A stretch of DNA of 62,859 bases, filler included, from Rhabdomonas costata (taxonomy: Eukaryota), in NCBI GenBank assembly GCA_019059605.1. It is 18 parts of 18 records of this genome, joined end to end, with 100 filler letters (N's around TTAATTAATTAA, not from the genome) between each part and the next. Parts side by side here need not be neighbours in the genome. Positions count along the whole stretch, not along the records: positions 45,498 to 48,892 come from JAHMHO010000905.1; positions 48,993 to 52,381 come from JAHMHO010000906.1; positions 52,482 to 55,869 come from JAHMHO010000907.1; positions 55,970 to 59,368 come from JAHMHO010000908.1; positions 59,469 to 62,859 come from JAHMHO010000909.1; 13 more parts are not named here. One strand, 5' to 3'. Under the pieces are notes generated by a model. That model was not told the origin of the DNA and made no database searches. It was given only the letters and a program-made list of their open reading frames with translations. A program made the position numbers and the translations under genes. Of the stretch, positions 48,775 to 62,721 are shown piece after piece. Positions within the stretch are counted from its first letter, which is position 1. The number at the start of each line of letters is the position of its first letter.

Positions 48775-49273
48775 GGTGCTTCAAGAAAACCGACATCCCA
48801 CTGTTATCGGCTCTTTGCTTTCTCCAGTGCGCAAAGCCATGGCAACGTATCATCAGGAGATCCCGCTGCTCACACTAACTCCTGTACAAACCNNNNNNNN
48901 NNNNNNNNNNNNNNNNNNNNNNNNNNNNNNNNNNNNTTAATTAATTAANNNNNNNNNNNNNNNNNNNNNNNNNNNNNNNNNNNNNNNNNNNNGTGTGGTG
49001 GGTGTGGACAACATAACTTTTGGGAGAGAAGCGGGTTGAGGCTCCTAAGTTGGGTTGTGCATGGGTGGAATGGTAGCAACCCTGAGATGAGCTGGTTGGC
49101 CGCTTCCTCGCCAGCTGCTTCCCCACTTTGACGCAATGGTCTCTATTGCAACTTCTTATGGGGGAGACAACAATTGCTCCCAGTAGTTCCAGTAGTTGAA
49201 TATTATCAGAACCGGTCGTGGCCAACTCAAACAACAATCGTGCAATGTACTGTTGTTTTCTGTTTCCTTTCAG

Positions 49274-52087
49274 GAGCGGGAAGAGCGGCGCCTGGAAATC
49301 ATGGACAAGTACAAGCTTCTGGAGAAGGACAAGAACCGAATCCTAGCTTATCCTGTCTTCAGGATACCGCTCAAGAACATGGTGGACAATCACGTCATTG
49401 AATATGTATTCTTTGGAGTGAAGGAGGAATCCTGCACGGAAGTGACCGTGTTTTTCCAGGACAAAGGTGTGAATTTTTCGCGCTCACCTCAATGATCCTG
49501 GGTATTTTAGTGGATTTTTAATCGAATTTCATTGAATTCTTTCGCAACAAAACATCACGGCACTGCGGCATTTAGGGTCAGCACAGAGAGGACAACAATA
49601 ACAGACTGGAAGAACAAATAGATCATCCTCAATCGCTTTGAAACGTGTAAAAGATACAGGCTTATCGTCGTTGCTGCATGGTCATAAATAATCTCAGTAA
49701 TGTTTGCGCAAAGTGCACAGACCGCGCAAAGTGATGAGTTAATGCATAAAAAGTATGTCTGATTTTTTTTCTTGCACAAGTCATTCTTTTTGAGACGGGC
49801 ACTTACGAGACGGTACCCGACGTCTGACAACAATAGCATAAATCGTTGCAGGTGGGCGGCCGGTTTGCCAGCCTACCGTTCTTTCTCTTGTCAATTTTCT
49901 TATCCATATGCAGGCCTGCAAAGGACCAAAAAAGGGCCCTTGCAAGCCTGTGTAAAGGCAAAAAGGGCTCAAAAACAACACAAAATGGCCCTTAAATGGC
50001 CTCTAGCATGGCTCTAAATCGAAGCATTCCGGCCCACTCCGGTGTCAGCATGAAGTACTCCTGGGCTCTACCCTTAGGTAATTAAGCAGGCCCGGCCGAA
50101 AACTTAGGCTCAGTATGCATTTCACAACAAATCGCGCCCGGCTGCTGCCAGAGAGCGTAAGTGGATTTTCTAATTTTTTATTGGAAACGGACAGAAAAAA
50201 GTTAACTCAGAACATTTACCATTCTTTTGCCTCCACGATTTTTTTGCTTCGTTTTTTCCCCTACCATTTTTCACTTCACCATATAATAAAACCAGGCCAC
50301 CTTTTCCGGTCGTAAGCAATGTCAACTGTTGCTGTGTTGCTTCTTGAAAGCACAAAGCACGGAAACTCCTCACCACCGTACCTCTTTAAGTTTCTTTTTT
50401 AACTTTTGACTGTTCCTTTGCAGAGCACGAGAAGGAGATTGTTGAGAGGCAGGGCATGAACTTCTCCATGCTGAAGGACGACAGCCGGCAAGCATACTCG
50501 ATGATCGCCTTCACCCACACCTGGAGCGCGGACGAGACATGGGACAGCCCTCCTAACGATGAATCTCACACCTTCCGAGTTCCCTACGCGGAATTTGAGA
50601 AGCAGGATCCCCCCAAACCTGCAGAGGGTGGTGCAGGAGGTTGCTTCCGTTGTCTGCGTACTTTTGCTTCGTAAGGATCAGCAGAGCGCGATTGTCCCGG
50701 CGGTTTTGACGGCACATTTCCGGGTTTTGGCTGCACATATTTCCGGCTTGGCGGTTGATTTGGACACACCGCAATCTTCATTTTTACATGCGAGACACTT
50801 TTCACTCCATTCCACTTCATTCCACTCATTTAGAATGTTACTCCAGATTCGAGGGGACAGAAATTGGCACCAATATGCGTTATTCTGCCTGTTGCAGCTA
50901 AGTTACTTCGCTTTTTTCTGAAGCAGGGATTTCTTTGGGGAGCAAGCTTGAAACGCAATTTTTGTCATGCAGACCTCCTTATCAGTTGGGAATAGAAAAG
51001 CACAACACGAAACGCGAGCCCTTTTTGTCGTTTTTTCAGAACGCGTGCACTCTGCCCCGAAGTGATTGCTGACGAAAATTTCCAGTCCTTTTTGCCATGG
51101 TGTTATTGTGAATGCAACGCTGATGGTGTTTCTTTTCCTTTCATCTCAATAGCTCCCAGGCCCGTTATATACGTAAACACGGCCACTCACCTGCTCGGCA
51201 ACAAAAACAACAACACGGATTTGGAGATGGCCACCGTGTCCGACTACCCCATGTACGCTGGGACTGCAAAGCAGGTTGCCCCCAATTGCCGTGCGATCAT
51301 ACATCCGTTCTCTTTCTTTGCTTCACTGGCTTGGCTGGTGTATGCATGCTTGTGGCTTCAGGCAACGGAAGTCCTTCTAAAGGCCTGCGAGGCTGCAAAT
51401 CCTGACAAGAAGGCGATCTCTCCCTTAGCCTCGGTACCCTACACGCGATGTTTTGCTCTCTGCTCAGAAGTGAGAGGCGGGGTCATCCGTTAAGATCCCG
51501 CCACTGTACCCTTGCAATTCAAGCCAAATGGCAAAGCAAGGTTCCAAGGGCTCGCCCCATGCCAATCCGTAAAAGAATCAATGATGGGTCACTACAAATA
51601 ATGGAATCTGCACATCCCTTTGCTCCCATTTCTTTCCCACTTTTTCCAAAATGTAGGAGTACCATCTTTCGTGGATGGAATGCCCGAGCCCATTTTTCGA
51701 ACGAAAAGGCAATGTTAGCGAGTTGCTGTCATTTTTTGTTGATGTAGTTTGTGATAAACCAAAATTCGCTCGCTCGCTCAGACGCAAAAAAGAAAATCAT
51801 AGGCTGTGGAAGGTCGCACGAAACGGCACAGTATGAATTTCGGTACATAATTTCGGTGATATATCTGGTACCACTTTTTCGACTTTCTTTTGAATTGCGA
51901 AACTCAGATTCAGAATTGTCTGTGCGCGTTAATCATTGACGTGTGTTTCTTCTTCCTGTTTCGGTTTTCCGTGTTTTAGCTCATCCCTGTTCGGACGACC
52001 CACGCCCCGCCCAAGAGCGCCAAGGAAAGAGAGAAGAAAGCCGTGGCTTCTGGATCGTCAGGGGCTACAAGCTCGGGAGCTCGTTGA
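49274..52087 (+). CDS. Uncharacterised protein, last 5 exons, 5'-partial
   Basis: Phase-compatible GT-AG exons at about 49274-49466, 50424-50627, 51153-51274, 51362-51433 and 51980-52087 (stop). Confidence 0.65.
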
Positions 52088-53307
52088 CGGCTACGCTCTC
52101 CTCCTCCGCAATCTGTGCTACGCACATGCCAAGACTGGCTTCAGCGATAGGTGGAGCAAAACTTTTGCTCCGCTGCCTGCGTTGCGCTGTGATCCCGTGT
52201 GAGCTTTGGCGTGCGCGGTGGACATTTGCTGGTCTTCCTTCAATTGGAAGACCAGCTCTTCCTCACCCGTGTGTAAAATGTTTGTCGCTTTTTTTTTTGC
52301 ACTTGGATGTTTGGCGCCAGTGTTGAGTTCCTCTGCTGCTGCCACAATGGATCTTGCGATCTCGGAATGAGGCAGGGGTCCNNNNNNNNNNNNNNNNNNN
52401 NNNNNNNNNNNNNNNNNNNNNNNNNTTAATTAATTAANNNNNNNNNNNNNNNNNNNNNNNNNNNNNNNNNNNNNNNNNNNNGCACTTCCGCTGATAACTG
52501 CTGCGTCCCAGGTCTGTCCAAGATTTCTGGCACACGTGTCCTTCACGTGTTGGTGTGCATATGTAAGTTGTTCATCACACAAAGACACTCCGTCGCGAAC
52601 AAATAATAGTAAACATTACTGCCACGGCATGGTCATGCTTGCTCTGGAACACTGTCTCTTAAACTAACCCTTGGCCCTCCCCACATCTGCTCTTGTTCCT
52701 GGAAAAAAGCCTTGAAGGCGATCGTTTTGTCCCTTCCCTCCCCTTCGAAGGTCGAGGATCGAATTTTTTTGCACCTCTGTTCAAACAAGTCTTTCGATCC
52801 TTTTGTGGTATTCTTGGCTGAGAGTGTCCAGCGTTTGGGTTGGTGTTTTTTCTAATGTCAGTTAACTGGCATCGACTGTCACGTTGCCTCATCTTGTGCC
52901 GTGGCATGAGCGCATCTTCCGGTTTCTTTAGTGCTCTCGGTCCAAGATCTGGGTGGGGTTCGGGGACAGCGGTAGCCGAACCCCAATGCAATCTGTCCTT
53001 TCCGGAGGGAGTCGCGCTCTGAACTCGAATCTATGAAGAATAACACACAAAGTTGTTACTGTGCATCCCTTTTACCCGCGTCTTCTCTCGCGCGTTCGCA
53101 TCCCACTGTTTTGCACTGTTTTGTCTTTCACATTCCATATCAGATTTTTCTCGCTTTCCAAATTCAACATGAAAGCGGAAAATAAACGCGAAATGCGGAA
53201 TGTTGAATTTTCGCCTCCCCCACCCCTGTGATTTCTGTCTTTTTGTGGTGAGTTCTCGGAGAGGACTGCAATTTCGTCTTGTTTTGTATCGGCCGCTCTT
53301 TTCATAG

Positions 53308-55577
53308 TTTGCAACGTCTCTGTGAGCGGCCGTGTGGGGTTTCATACCGAGATCAACGGGGTGTACCTTGTCTCTGACGAACTTTTTAACGAGCGACCGT
53401 ACTACTACAATGGCGACTCCCGGCTTTACCTTTTCTTTCGAGAGTACTTAGTCTGGGCGATCAGCCGCGAACTTGGGGGGCTCTACCTTCTCGCGAGGAA
53501 CCCTCAAGATGCGGCCACTCCGGATCTTCTGAGCACAACCTGGGAGTTGAACGGTGGCGTGGTTTTGGGGTTCGGCACAACTTTCGAGAAGGACCCCTTG
53601 GTTCAGTCTCGATGTTCAGGTGCACTTGCGTTTCTCAATGGCAATTGTTTTGTTCGGAGAGGGATGAAGCGAAACGTTGAGCAGTGCTATCTTCTGAGTT
53701 TGGCTTTTTTTCGGCTTGCGAGGATTACTCCGAGACACAACATATGGTGGCCCTTACGAGTTTTCGTGCGTTTGAACAACCTAAGCCTCCACTTCACTCA
53801 AACTCTTTCCTTGATCTTCTTGCTCTATTGAGAAATATCGTTCAAACGAAGTGGGTTTTCCGGGAAGTTGCGTGTCACCTTCCCATCAAACAGACCCCTC
53901 CCGCGACCCGCTGATGAAGTTCCTGAGCCGAGTGCAGATCTGTGACCTCGCCACCACCTGGTTGGTCCCAAACACCGGGCCCTGCACCCACTCTTGGGTG
54001 GGAGTTCACTGCGACCTTGACCACAATGTGGTCGGCCTGAACCTGACTGGGATGGGATGCTTTGGCCCCTTGTCCCTCTTCATGCTGGCGCCCCTCCCGC
54101 TGCAAATGCTGGATCTAAGTGGCAATTCCTTTTATGGCACTATTGACATGTATGAGCTTCCTCGGTCGCTTCAGGTGCGTTTGTGTTAAGGCGGGGTGCT
54201 TGGGGTAACGGGCTCGTACCCGGTTTCTCATCTAAAATTATACTGATGTTGCTCAGCCCTTTTCTCACTGTGTGTAGGACATTTTTTCTTACGCACGTGC
54301 CCGCGCTCCTTCCCACGAAAACAATGTTTTGGTTCCTCTGGGTGTTGACATCCAAAACAAAAGTGTATCGTGTGTGCTACAATTGTTGGTGCGAACGTGG
54401 TTGTCCATTGGGGGAATGTGCCGTGTTCAGAGCCACAATAGCAGCAGTGAAAATGAGGTCGAGGTGGGGGTGCCGATTTCGACGACGATGTACACCGATC
54501 TGTTCGAGGGCAATAACATGGAACAAGGGTTGGAGTGTTCAGTATCCACTGTCACGCCGCTAACTGAATACACGTCAACGAAGTGTCAGTAGTCGCTTGC
54601 ATGTGGCATACCCCTTTTTGTTTACCCTTCATTGCGCGCCCACTTCCCTTCACTTTCGCTCATCGCGTTGTCTCTGGCTCTCGTTTTCAGTTGCGGTGTT
54701 CCCTCACCTTTGATTGAGCTCACATCTTGCTCGCTGCACTGTGATGTTTCGGCCCTCAATGAAATAACCACAGGTGTACTCCCTGCGGAAGAATCCGCAG
54801 ATTACTGGAAGTCTCAACCTGAGTGGGTCCCCGCCAGGCCTCCAATTCCTGGACTGTAGCCAGTGCAAGTTGTATGGCTCCTTGGACATCAGCTCCCTCC
54901 CTTCCTCCATCCGAGTACTCAACCTGGGCTCCAATTTTCTCACCCATGTGGTGCGTCCTGCCCCCCTGCCAAACCTGTGGCGCTTGGACCTCAGCAACAA
55001 TGCTCTGCAGGGCACTGTGGTTTTGGATCGGCTCCCTCCCTCGCTTACTTTCCTGGACTTGTCACAGAACATGCTTTTCTGGAGCCTCTACCCAGGTGCC
55101 GTCAATATGAGTCTGGTCTATCTCGACCTGAGCGGGAGCGCTGTTGTGGAGATGTTTAACTTCTCCAGCCTTCCTTCAGCCCTCAAAGTAATGCGGCTTT
55201 CCGGGTGCAAGCTCTCTGGAACCCTGAACTTTTCGTTGATGCCGCCTTCCCTCACTGATATACACCTGGGTGCAAACCTCTTCAGTGGCCCCCTGTTGGA
55301 CCTCTCGAGGCTTCCTCATTGGTTTTGTGCGGTTCGGTGTGAGACCTCATTCATTTTTTCACTCGTTTTCCATTGGGCAGAAACAAATAACCGGAACGCA
55401 GGCTGACGCGGCAGCTCACAGAGCGAGCTGCGGAACGGGACAGCGGGGCGCTTCGGCTGGCGGAGACGGAGAGGAAGGGCGAGCGTGACCTGGAGAAGCT
55501 CGAGGTTGAGCTGGCCCAGCTCACGGAACGCAACAAAGCCCTCTCGCAGAAGCTGGAGCGCCTGCCGGGCATCGAGA
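53308..55577 (+). CDS. Leucine-rich-repeat protein with an upstream beta-rich domain and LRR N-cap; possible downstream coiled-coil exon
   Basis: Exons 53308-53619 (GRVG..INGVY..NERPYY..LYLFF..WAIS), 53894-54174 (PCTHSWVGVHC cap; LDLSGNSFYGTID..LP) and 54774-55321 (repeated LP..L..L.L..N...G.L.L units). Putative exon 55402-55577 is coiled-coil. Confidence 0.85.
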
Positions 55578-55969
55578 GGCATCTTGAGATCGCTGTGGAG
55601 TTTTTGGGGGGACAGTTTAGGAGAGGGTGAGTTCTGGCAGTGTGACCTTCAGCACCACAACAATTGATGTGACGAAAAGGAGTGATAGCTGGTATTTGCA
55701 ACACTGTAGGTGCAGATTTTTTTTGAAGCGAACTCAAGGAACGGCACAGCTAACACAGTCGCGGGAGCTTCACCAAACAAGCATGGCACTAAGAAAGCAC
55801 ACAGCATAGACTCAAATTATGTCCACTGCCGTCACAGACAATGCGAAAGGTGGGGGACACGACACCCAANNNNNNNNNNNNNNNNNNNNNNNNNNNNNNN
55901 NNNNNNNNNNNNNTTAATTAATTAANNNNNNNNNNNNNNNNNNNNNNNNNNNNNNNNNNNNNNNNNNNN

Positions 55970-58058
55970 TGGTTGGTGGTGTACTGGGTGGGGGAGATGG
56001 GCCCCAAGCTGGACAAGGAGAAGCTCAGCAAGATCGCTCCTCGTGTTTTCAAGGGGTACCCTGGGGAGCAGCCCCTTGAGGTGGGCGTGGGTGTTTTGCT
56101 GCCCCAAGCGTTCATTCACGTTTGAAATACATGTATAAAAAAAACTCGAAAAAAAAGTCAGAATCTGGACGTTTGATCGGTCATTAGTTACGAAATATAC
56201 AAGCAAGGTTGGTAGTCTCCGGCTATTGATTTCAACCTCTAGCTTTTAAAGCTCACATGAGAATTCTTTTGATTCCATTAGCTCCCCTCTCTCTCTGCAA
56301 ATGGGTACTTTCATCGGGGTTGTTTCCGCTGTTTTTTCTTGTGAAGGAAACCAGGACACCGGTTTGGCATTGATGGATCTGCTGGACTCTCCTCTTGATT
56401 GACTCCTCTGAGAAAACGGAAGACCCCCGTTGTACTGTTTGCCTTTTGCAGACATGCGGGTTGGAGCTGAGTCGGCAGGTTAAAGCTGTCACAATCCGTC
56501 GGGATTGCCCTGCTGTGTGTGACCGGACAGAGACTAAGTCCAAGTATGTGCAGTGGTGGTGCTCACTCGCCGCAGTTTTTGTCATCATCAGATTTTGTCA
56601 TCTGACTTAACGTGAGTGACGTGCAATGTGAGTTTGTTTTTGTCTTTTTGTCCTCAGGTACGTCGTGGGGCTGCTCAAGCGGTGAGTTTCAGCTATCACA
56701 GCCATGTAGAATGTTCTTGCTAATGTGGCGGTGCATTTGTGCCTTCTTTTGAATAAATTAGATCAATCTGGGCTCATCAAAGCGGAAGGGAGGCGCATCC
56801 AACGAACACTCTCTGATGCGATGAATATTAGTTATCCGTGGTCTTTGCAATCGTAGATGCAATCGTTATGAAACGATGATATTTAATCCTTTTGCGATTT
56901 TTGTGCAAGGACCCCTTGTCACGATGTCATTTGAAGTCTGACCAGACTGCGAGGAAAACCATCGCGGAGTCAACACTACTTCCCCGTGATGCACTCAGGC
57001 GGTCGTCCTTTTGGCCCATCTTTCCTCGTCTTCACTGTTTCGAACCCTTCCATAGGATCCGCTGCGCTTTTTGTTGTCGATATTGTCTTATGTTTTGCTT
57101 TGTTGGTGTACGAGGTAGATAAGTGTGGTGTGTGCATTTCAGAGGTTTACTCTTTAGAAATGCGTCGCTGCTCCGCGTATCCCGGGTCGGGCGCGGCTCC
57201 GCCCCCGAGCCAGGACCTCGCCGTGCATGCAGAAAACCTTGTTCTGCTAAGAAAGCTGAAGGAAGGCAGCCATGAGAGGAATGAGTTCAAGAAGCAGTGT
57301 GAGCAGCTGCAGATTGATCTGAAGAAGGTGTTTGCCACTCGGACCCCAGCAGCAAGAAGCGTTCAGAACTTTACCACTGCGTGTCTCAACTCCAACCCAA
57401 TAGACGGGCACTCCAGTCTATTAGCTTTTGTGGCGGGACGGGACAGTGCGCGACTGCTGTGCCTCGTTAAACTCTGGTGTTGAGACGCAATCCTTATGAC
57501 TGGCAGACTCTTCTCGCCAAAGGCATCAGATTTCTGCTCCATATTCTCCCTCTGAGATTCGTCACCCTTCCTCTCGCAACTTCACACCCCTACCTTCCCT
57601 GGTAACAACCCGGCGCGAAATACTCTGCCACCTTAACAATTTAACCTTTCCCCACGCTTTGAACGATTCCTTTCTGATTCACCCAAACACCGTGCCTGTG
57701 AAGGCGGTCGTGAGTTGTGGTGTTTTGGCTCTTCCTTGAGCTCATTGTTGACGTCGTCAGCGATGTGATGTAAAAGCTCCACCTTTTCTTCATTGGCTAG
57801 GCTCAGCTGGAGGTGGAGCGGGCGGAGAAGGGACGCTGTGACATGGCACAGCAGATCAGCCAACTGGTTCGGGAGTTAGACCTGTACCAGCGCGAGCTCA
57901 AGAATCCCGCCGTGAGCATGGAGACCCAGAGTATCTACCGGAGGATCACCACCAGGGCCTCTGCAATAGCCCACCGCCGGAGCTCCACTTTCTCTACCAC
58001 GGAGCCTGTGGCGGGTGCGCAACCCCAAGACCCACCACCACCACCATCGCACTGCTGA
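55970..58058 (+). CDS. Uncharacterised coiled-coil protein, multi-exon fragment
   Basis: Approximate exons 55970-56080, micro-exon 56658-56681, 57158-57327 (LLRKLKEGSHERNEFKKQCEQLQIDLKK) and 57801 to about 58013 (QQISQLVRELDLYQREL). Confidence 0.55.
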
Positions 58059-59672
58059 TTTTTTTTTTGCATTTCGCGGCGATTCCTCGCTCCTGCTTTC
58101 CGACCCTGATTTGCCTGGTAGGTAGTTGGCGCCAGGCACTTGGGATCAGCTTTCGTGCAGCTCGTGAATGGGGCAAATAAGCTGGCCGCACAGATGTTGC
58201 TCAGCAACGCTTTCGTGCGTCAGACGGAGCAGTGATCGGCTGCCGATCGACCTGCTCCATGCTCAAGATAGCAGGAATCCATGGGACCCTCGTTAGCCCT
58301 CCGTCCGTACCCCTGAGAAGGCCATATTTAAGGAAATCCTGCAAACGGCAGGAGGCAGAAGCGATGGCTGAGCTCTCACTAGCTGAATTCTCCGCGAAAC
58401 TAATGCAAGCTGCTGGCTCCCGCTCCGAGCCCCGAGTCAGAAGGGCAAGGCCAGTACTGTTTCGAGTGCACTGATGGGTTGTGGTTGCAAGGGAGATAAG
58501 AGCGATGCGAACTCGAACAGCCCTCAAAAACCTGCGGTGGTTTGGTAGTAATTATGCGCAATCCCCATTTTCTCAAAAGCAAAGCCCTCACGCGAACACG
58601 CACAGCAGCAGCACACACTTACAAGAGCTCTGAATCCCCAGGTCCTCCGCGGGTGAAGGAGGATAAGCCAAAAGCCGAAAATGGGGACAGCACCCGCCAA
58701 AAACCAAAATCGTCATTCGAAGGAAGCACCGTCAGAGAGACTGCAACAGCAACGGGAGAGAGGGCCGCGAGAGAGGCAGGAAACGAGGGAGAGAGGGCCA
58801 GAAGCCGAGAGGCGGGGAAAGAGGGTGGCGGGAATCAAGCACGGAGCATCCAGGGAGAACAGAGACGCAGAGCAGGAGAGGCCGACCGCAGAAAAGAGAC
58901 CCCCGACACTCCCAGGGGCGAGACATGAAAGCCGCAGCCGAAAGCAGGTGGAAGACGAGCACGTGTGCCCCAGGAGTGTGATGCTGGCACGGTATATCAT
59001 GCACCCGAGGGAGGAGCACCTAGAACAGACCCGCGTAGAGACGGACCCAGTGCCGGACCATCGAGCTTCGCAAGAAATCAAAGTCCTAATTCCAGGTCTA
59101 ACGGGAAGCCAAAGTATTCGCAGACGCACCAGGGCAAAGAGTCAGTGAGGCAGCCAAGCACCTTTCCCATCATCGCTCCGAACGCTGCTTTGTCTCTTGG
59201 ATTCCTTCCCTTCCCCCGCCAGACTCTGACCACCTCGTCAGTGGTGTTGTGGTGGACGCCCCATGCCTGGTGGACAGTCCCTTTTTTGAGCCCTCGCTGT
59301 GCAGTTTTCGGGAGCCCACGCCCCAGCAGGGGAGCTCGTGGAGCGACGAGAAGGCCGCCGCAGTGCAGNNNNNNNNNNNNNNNNNNNNNNNNNNNNNNNN
59401 NNNNNNNNNNNNTTAATTAATTAANNNNNNNNNNNNNNNNNNNNNNNNNNNNNNNNNNNNNNNNNNNNGTGGTGGTGTGTAGTGCATCGCAATGTTGGCA
59501 CAAAGCAATTGACAGAAGAAGAGAAAGGGAATCTGAATCAACTTCGAGGGCAAACTACGTGTGGTCACTTTGCGAAGAATGGGAGGCATAAAAAACGCAG
59601 CACCAGCACACTGACTCCTCACATAATTGAAATTCCAGCTTTGACATGATACATCGATACGCACGGACATGC

Positions 59673-62600
59673 CTTCTTTTGGATGTTGACTAGGAGGGTA
59701 TCGGCAATGAGCCGACAGTTGGCACGGACACGAGTCACGCTCTCCTTAAACTCGTCAACGATTTTCTGCACCTCGGCGCACTTCTTGCGGCAGTCCCTCA
59801 CGAAGTACTCCACGATACCCTTGGTGGACCAGTACAGTTTGTTGTTCCCTGCGTAAAAATCGCCCAAGGAAACCAAAAACCGGGGTCACTCGAGCACAAA
59901 CTCGATCGACAAACGCGACAGGGGCTTTGCGGCGATTACGGTTTTCAGTTTCGTACACCACAGAAGGTAATCCCGTAGAACCGCGCAAAAAAGGACTAGA
60001 TCACCAAATTACGCCTCCGCCCTCGGGGTAGATAGATGTATTGACCTACCTAGACAGCTCGACCTGCTACCGTCACCCTGAGTGAAGTATACATGCCATA
60101 CATAATACAACTAATTGTACTGTGGTGGTTGCGGTTCCAGCCTTTCGCTTTCCCTCCAGCAAAGGCCTCAAACCGCAAAAAGTTACATCGTCAGTGAAAC
60201 AACCAACCTGCACATGAAGTGGCGACATGAAAATGCTTCTGTTTCTTGAGTAACGATCGAAAAAAAAATCGAATGACAGACCCACCAATAAATCCTCAGC
60301 ACAACTGATAAAAGGAGAAAGAGAGCGGACCGGGGTTGATCTTTTTGTCCAGGAAGGCAATGCGCTCCGCGAACAGCCTACGTTCCTCGCTGCTCAGGCT
60401 GACGACGATGTTGTTGTAATCTCGCACAGCCAGGCGGACGTTCTCGCGGTACACCCGCAGCCTCTCCTCCTTTCCGCACAGCTCAACCGCGGCCGGCGGA
60501 AGCGTGAACCCCAGCCGCTCCCAGTATCGAACCTAAGCAATTGATTTCATTTGAGTTTTTTTTGGGGGAGGATCACTGCTACATGTTTTTGGATTTTTGG
60601 GGGGACTGGGGGGAGCGCCGCCGTTAGGCCAGAGCGTGGCTGAGCTGGGGACGCTCTCATTGTTTGACAATGTATACCGAACAATCTCCTGATGCCATCT
60701 TTCGAGAGCAGGGGTTGGAAAAAATGTTCCGGCACCCCCCTTGATGCTATCCGCCTGCTGTCGCATTGCCCTTAACGGCACTATAAAAAACACTTCAAAG
60801 TTGGTCAGGGGATGCTTCCGGTGCCGTAAGTTGTACTAATTTACGATTAAACTTTCATAAAGCGAGAACAAATATTGACACTACTTGGGAAATACTGAAT
60901 TCTAAATGACTACACTGAGTCTGAGCGCTGAGGGGGGAGAATAGCTCACCTCCTCGAAGACTTGCAGCAGGTCGTTGTGGAAGTTGCACTCCAGGGTCGG
61001 AATGCTGTTGGGCCCGGCGACCTTCACGATAAGGTTGGTCTCCAGCAGGGGCTGCAGGGTCTCCCCGATGCTGTCCTTCCAGTCGTTGTACGTGTTCATG
61101 ATGTACTGCACACAGGGAAGCATACGAAGAAAGAGCGCAGTGCCAGCAAAGAGAAAAGTGTCTGTCCACTTGGGCGCCTGCCCACCGACTGCAGACAGGT
61201 TCAGGTGCAGGGGGCTCCAAAGATCAAGTGACGCAAATTTATTTGAAAAATGGAAATACAGAAAAAAGGGGACCGTCATGAAACAACGGAGAAATGAAAG
61301 AGAACCCAACCAGTGCGTCGTTGCCGGAAGGATGTCTTCACTTGCCTCACGGCTCCCGAGAGCATGAACAACGCTGACCCACCATACTGACCGCAAGATT
61401 TGCACGAAATATGAGCGCGTCATGCATAATGCACGGAGCAGTTCGCACGTGCGAACTGGGAGAGAAAAAAGGTTCGACGTTTGGCAACACGTCACGGGGG
61501 GGGGACGGTGCCTGCTCCAGGGCACTGTGAAGGGACTTGTAGGTAGCCAGGGCCTCAGTCTTTTCGGCAGACTCCGAGAGGTAGTACGCCACCTCCAGCA
61601 GCCTCTGGTCGCGCTCGATCCGCACCTTGAAGTTGTTCGCCCAGATCGCCCGACCTGAGATAAAGAGAGAGAGAGAGAAATTGAGTGGTGAGTGGCGTCC
61701 ATGTCCCAGGAATGAGCTTTCATTCCGACCTCGACGGTGGGTCGTCGCTATCATTGTCGGTCCCCTTCTTCCCTATTCGAGAAAGCTTTTGGGCCACAAG
61801 CTCACCCCGTGGTCAACACACTGTCCGACACATGCATCACAGTGTTTTTGGGGTTTTATTATGTCTAAAATCCAGTCTAGGCTGGACGTCACGCTCGCGC
61901 GTTAACAATCATTAGCGTTAACAAAAATTCGCGAGCAAACCGGCGGCCTTCGGGTGAAACCACTCCACAGGGGGATCCGTCTTGCGCTTGGCAAAGTCGT
62001 TCTTGATTTGGTTCAGCTCAGCATTGAACAGCTTGTAGACATCCACGGTCTTGCGCTGCACCGCGCTGTGCACAAAAACACAACACTGGCACCACACTGA
62101 TCATCACACATCGAATAACAGAGTGGTTTCGCGTCACTGAGTGTAAAAGCTATTTTCGGTTGTACAGTTGACAAGTCCGCCTTTGTTGTTCCCCCTCTTT
62201 TTCCTTGGGAAAGGCGAAAGGAATACGCTGTCACAAGATAGATATGGATACAAGCAAGTAAACAGGAAGCCCTCTGGAGCAGCTGGTCACTTACCAGCAC
62301 ATTATAATGTAACCATATGAATCAAAGCACCGACCCACAAGGTTGAGGGAAGGTGCTGGGCAAAGGCCATGTTTAAACGCAAAAAAGCATAGAACTCCAC
62401 AGGGGATGGGGATGGGTGAAAAGTTTGGGTGGGAGCCAACCGCTTAATGTTCTCTCGCTTTGCCAGAAAGGAGAAGGCCTCCAGCATCTCCACCCCTACA
62501 AAAACGGACAAAGCCATTTGAATGGATCCTGAGACGTTTGAAATCGGTGACATCGCTGCAGAGCAATCACATCTGCGCCTTTGTTCGAAATGCCAGCCTG

Positions 62601-62721
62601 CGCTTACTACCACTATTTGTTGTAGACAGAATTGAAACTCAAAGCACAATCGCGGCCACACACCGGACTCCACGGTGCTGGTGATCTCAAAGGCGGCACC
62701 GATGACCTTGTTCATCATCAC
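59673..62721 (-). CDS. DNAH2: Axonemal inner-arm dynein heavy chain (DNAH2/I1-beta-like), N-terminal tail fragment, 7 exons
   Basis: VMMNKVIGAAFEIT..GVEMLEAF..AKRENIKR; EVRYWERLGF..LRVYRENVRLAVRDYNNIVVSLSSEERRLFAERIAFLDKKINPG..KLYWSTKG..FVRDCR..VQKIVDEFK match the DNAH2 tail. All intron phases are consistent. Confidence 0.9.

Noticed and set aside
3401-59468. Regularly spaced identical TTAATTAATTAA motifs resembling a repeat array or CRISPR
   Set aside because: They are embedded in N runs at contig joins and are artificial six-frame-stop linkers.
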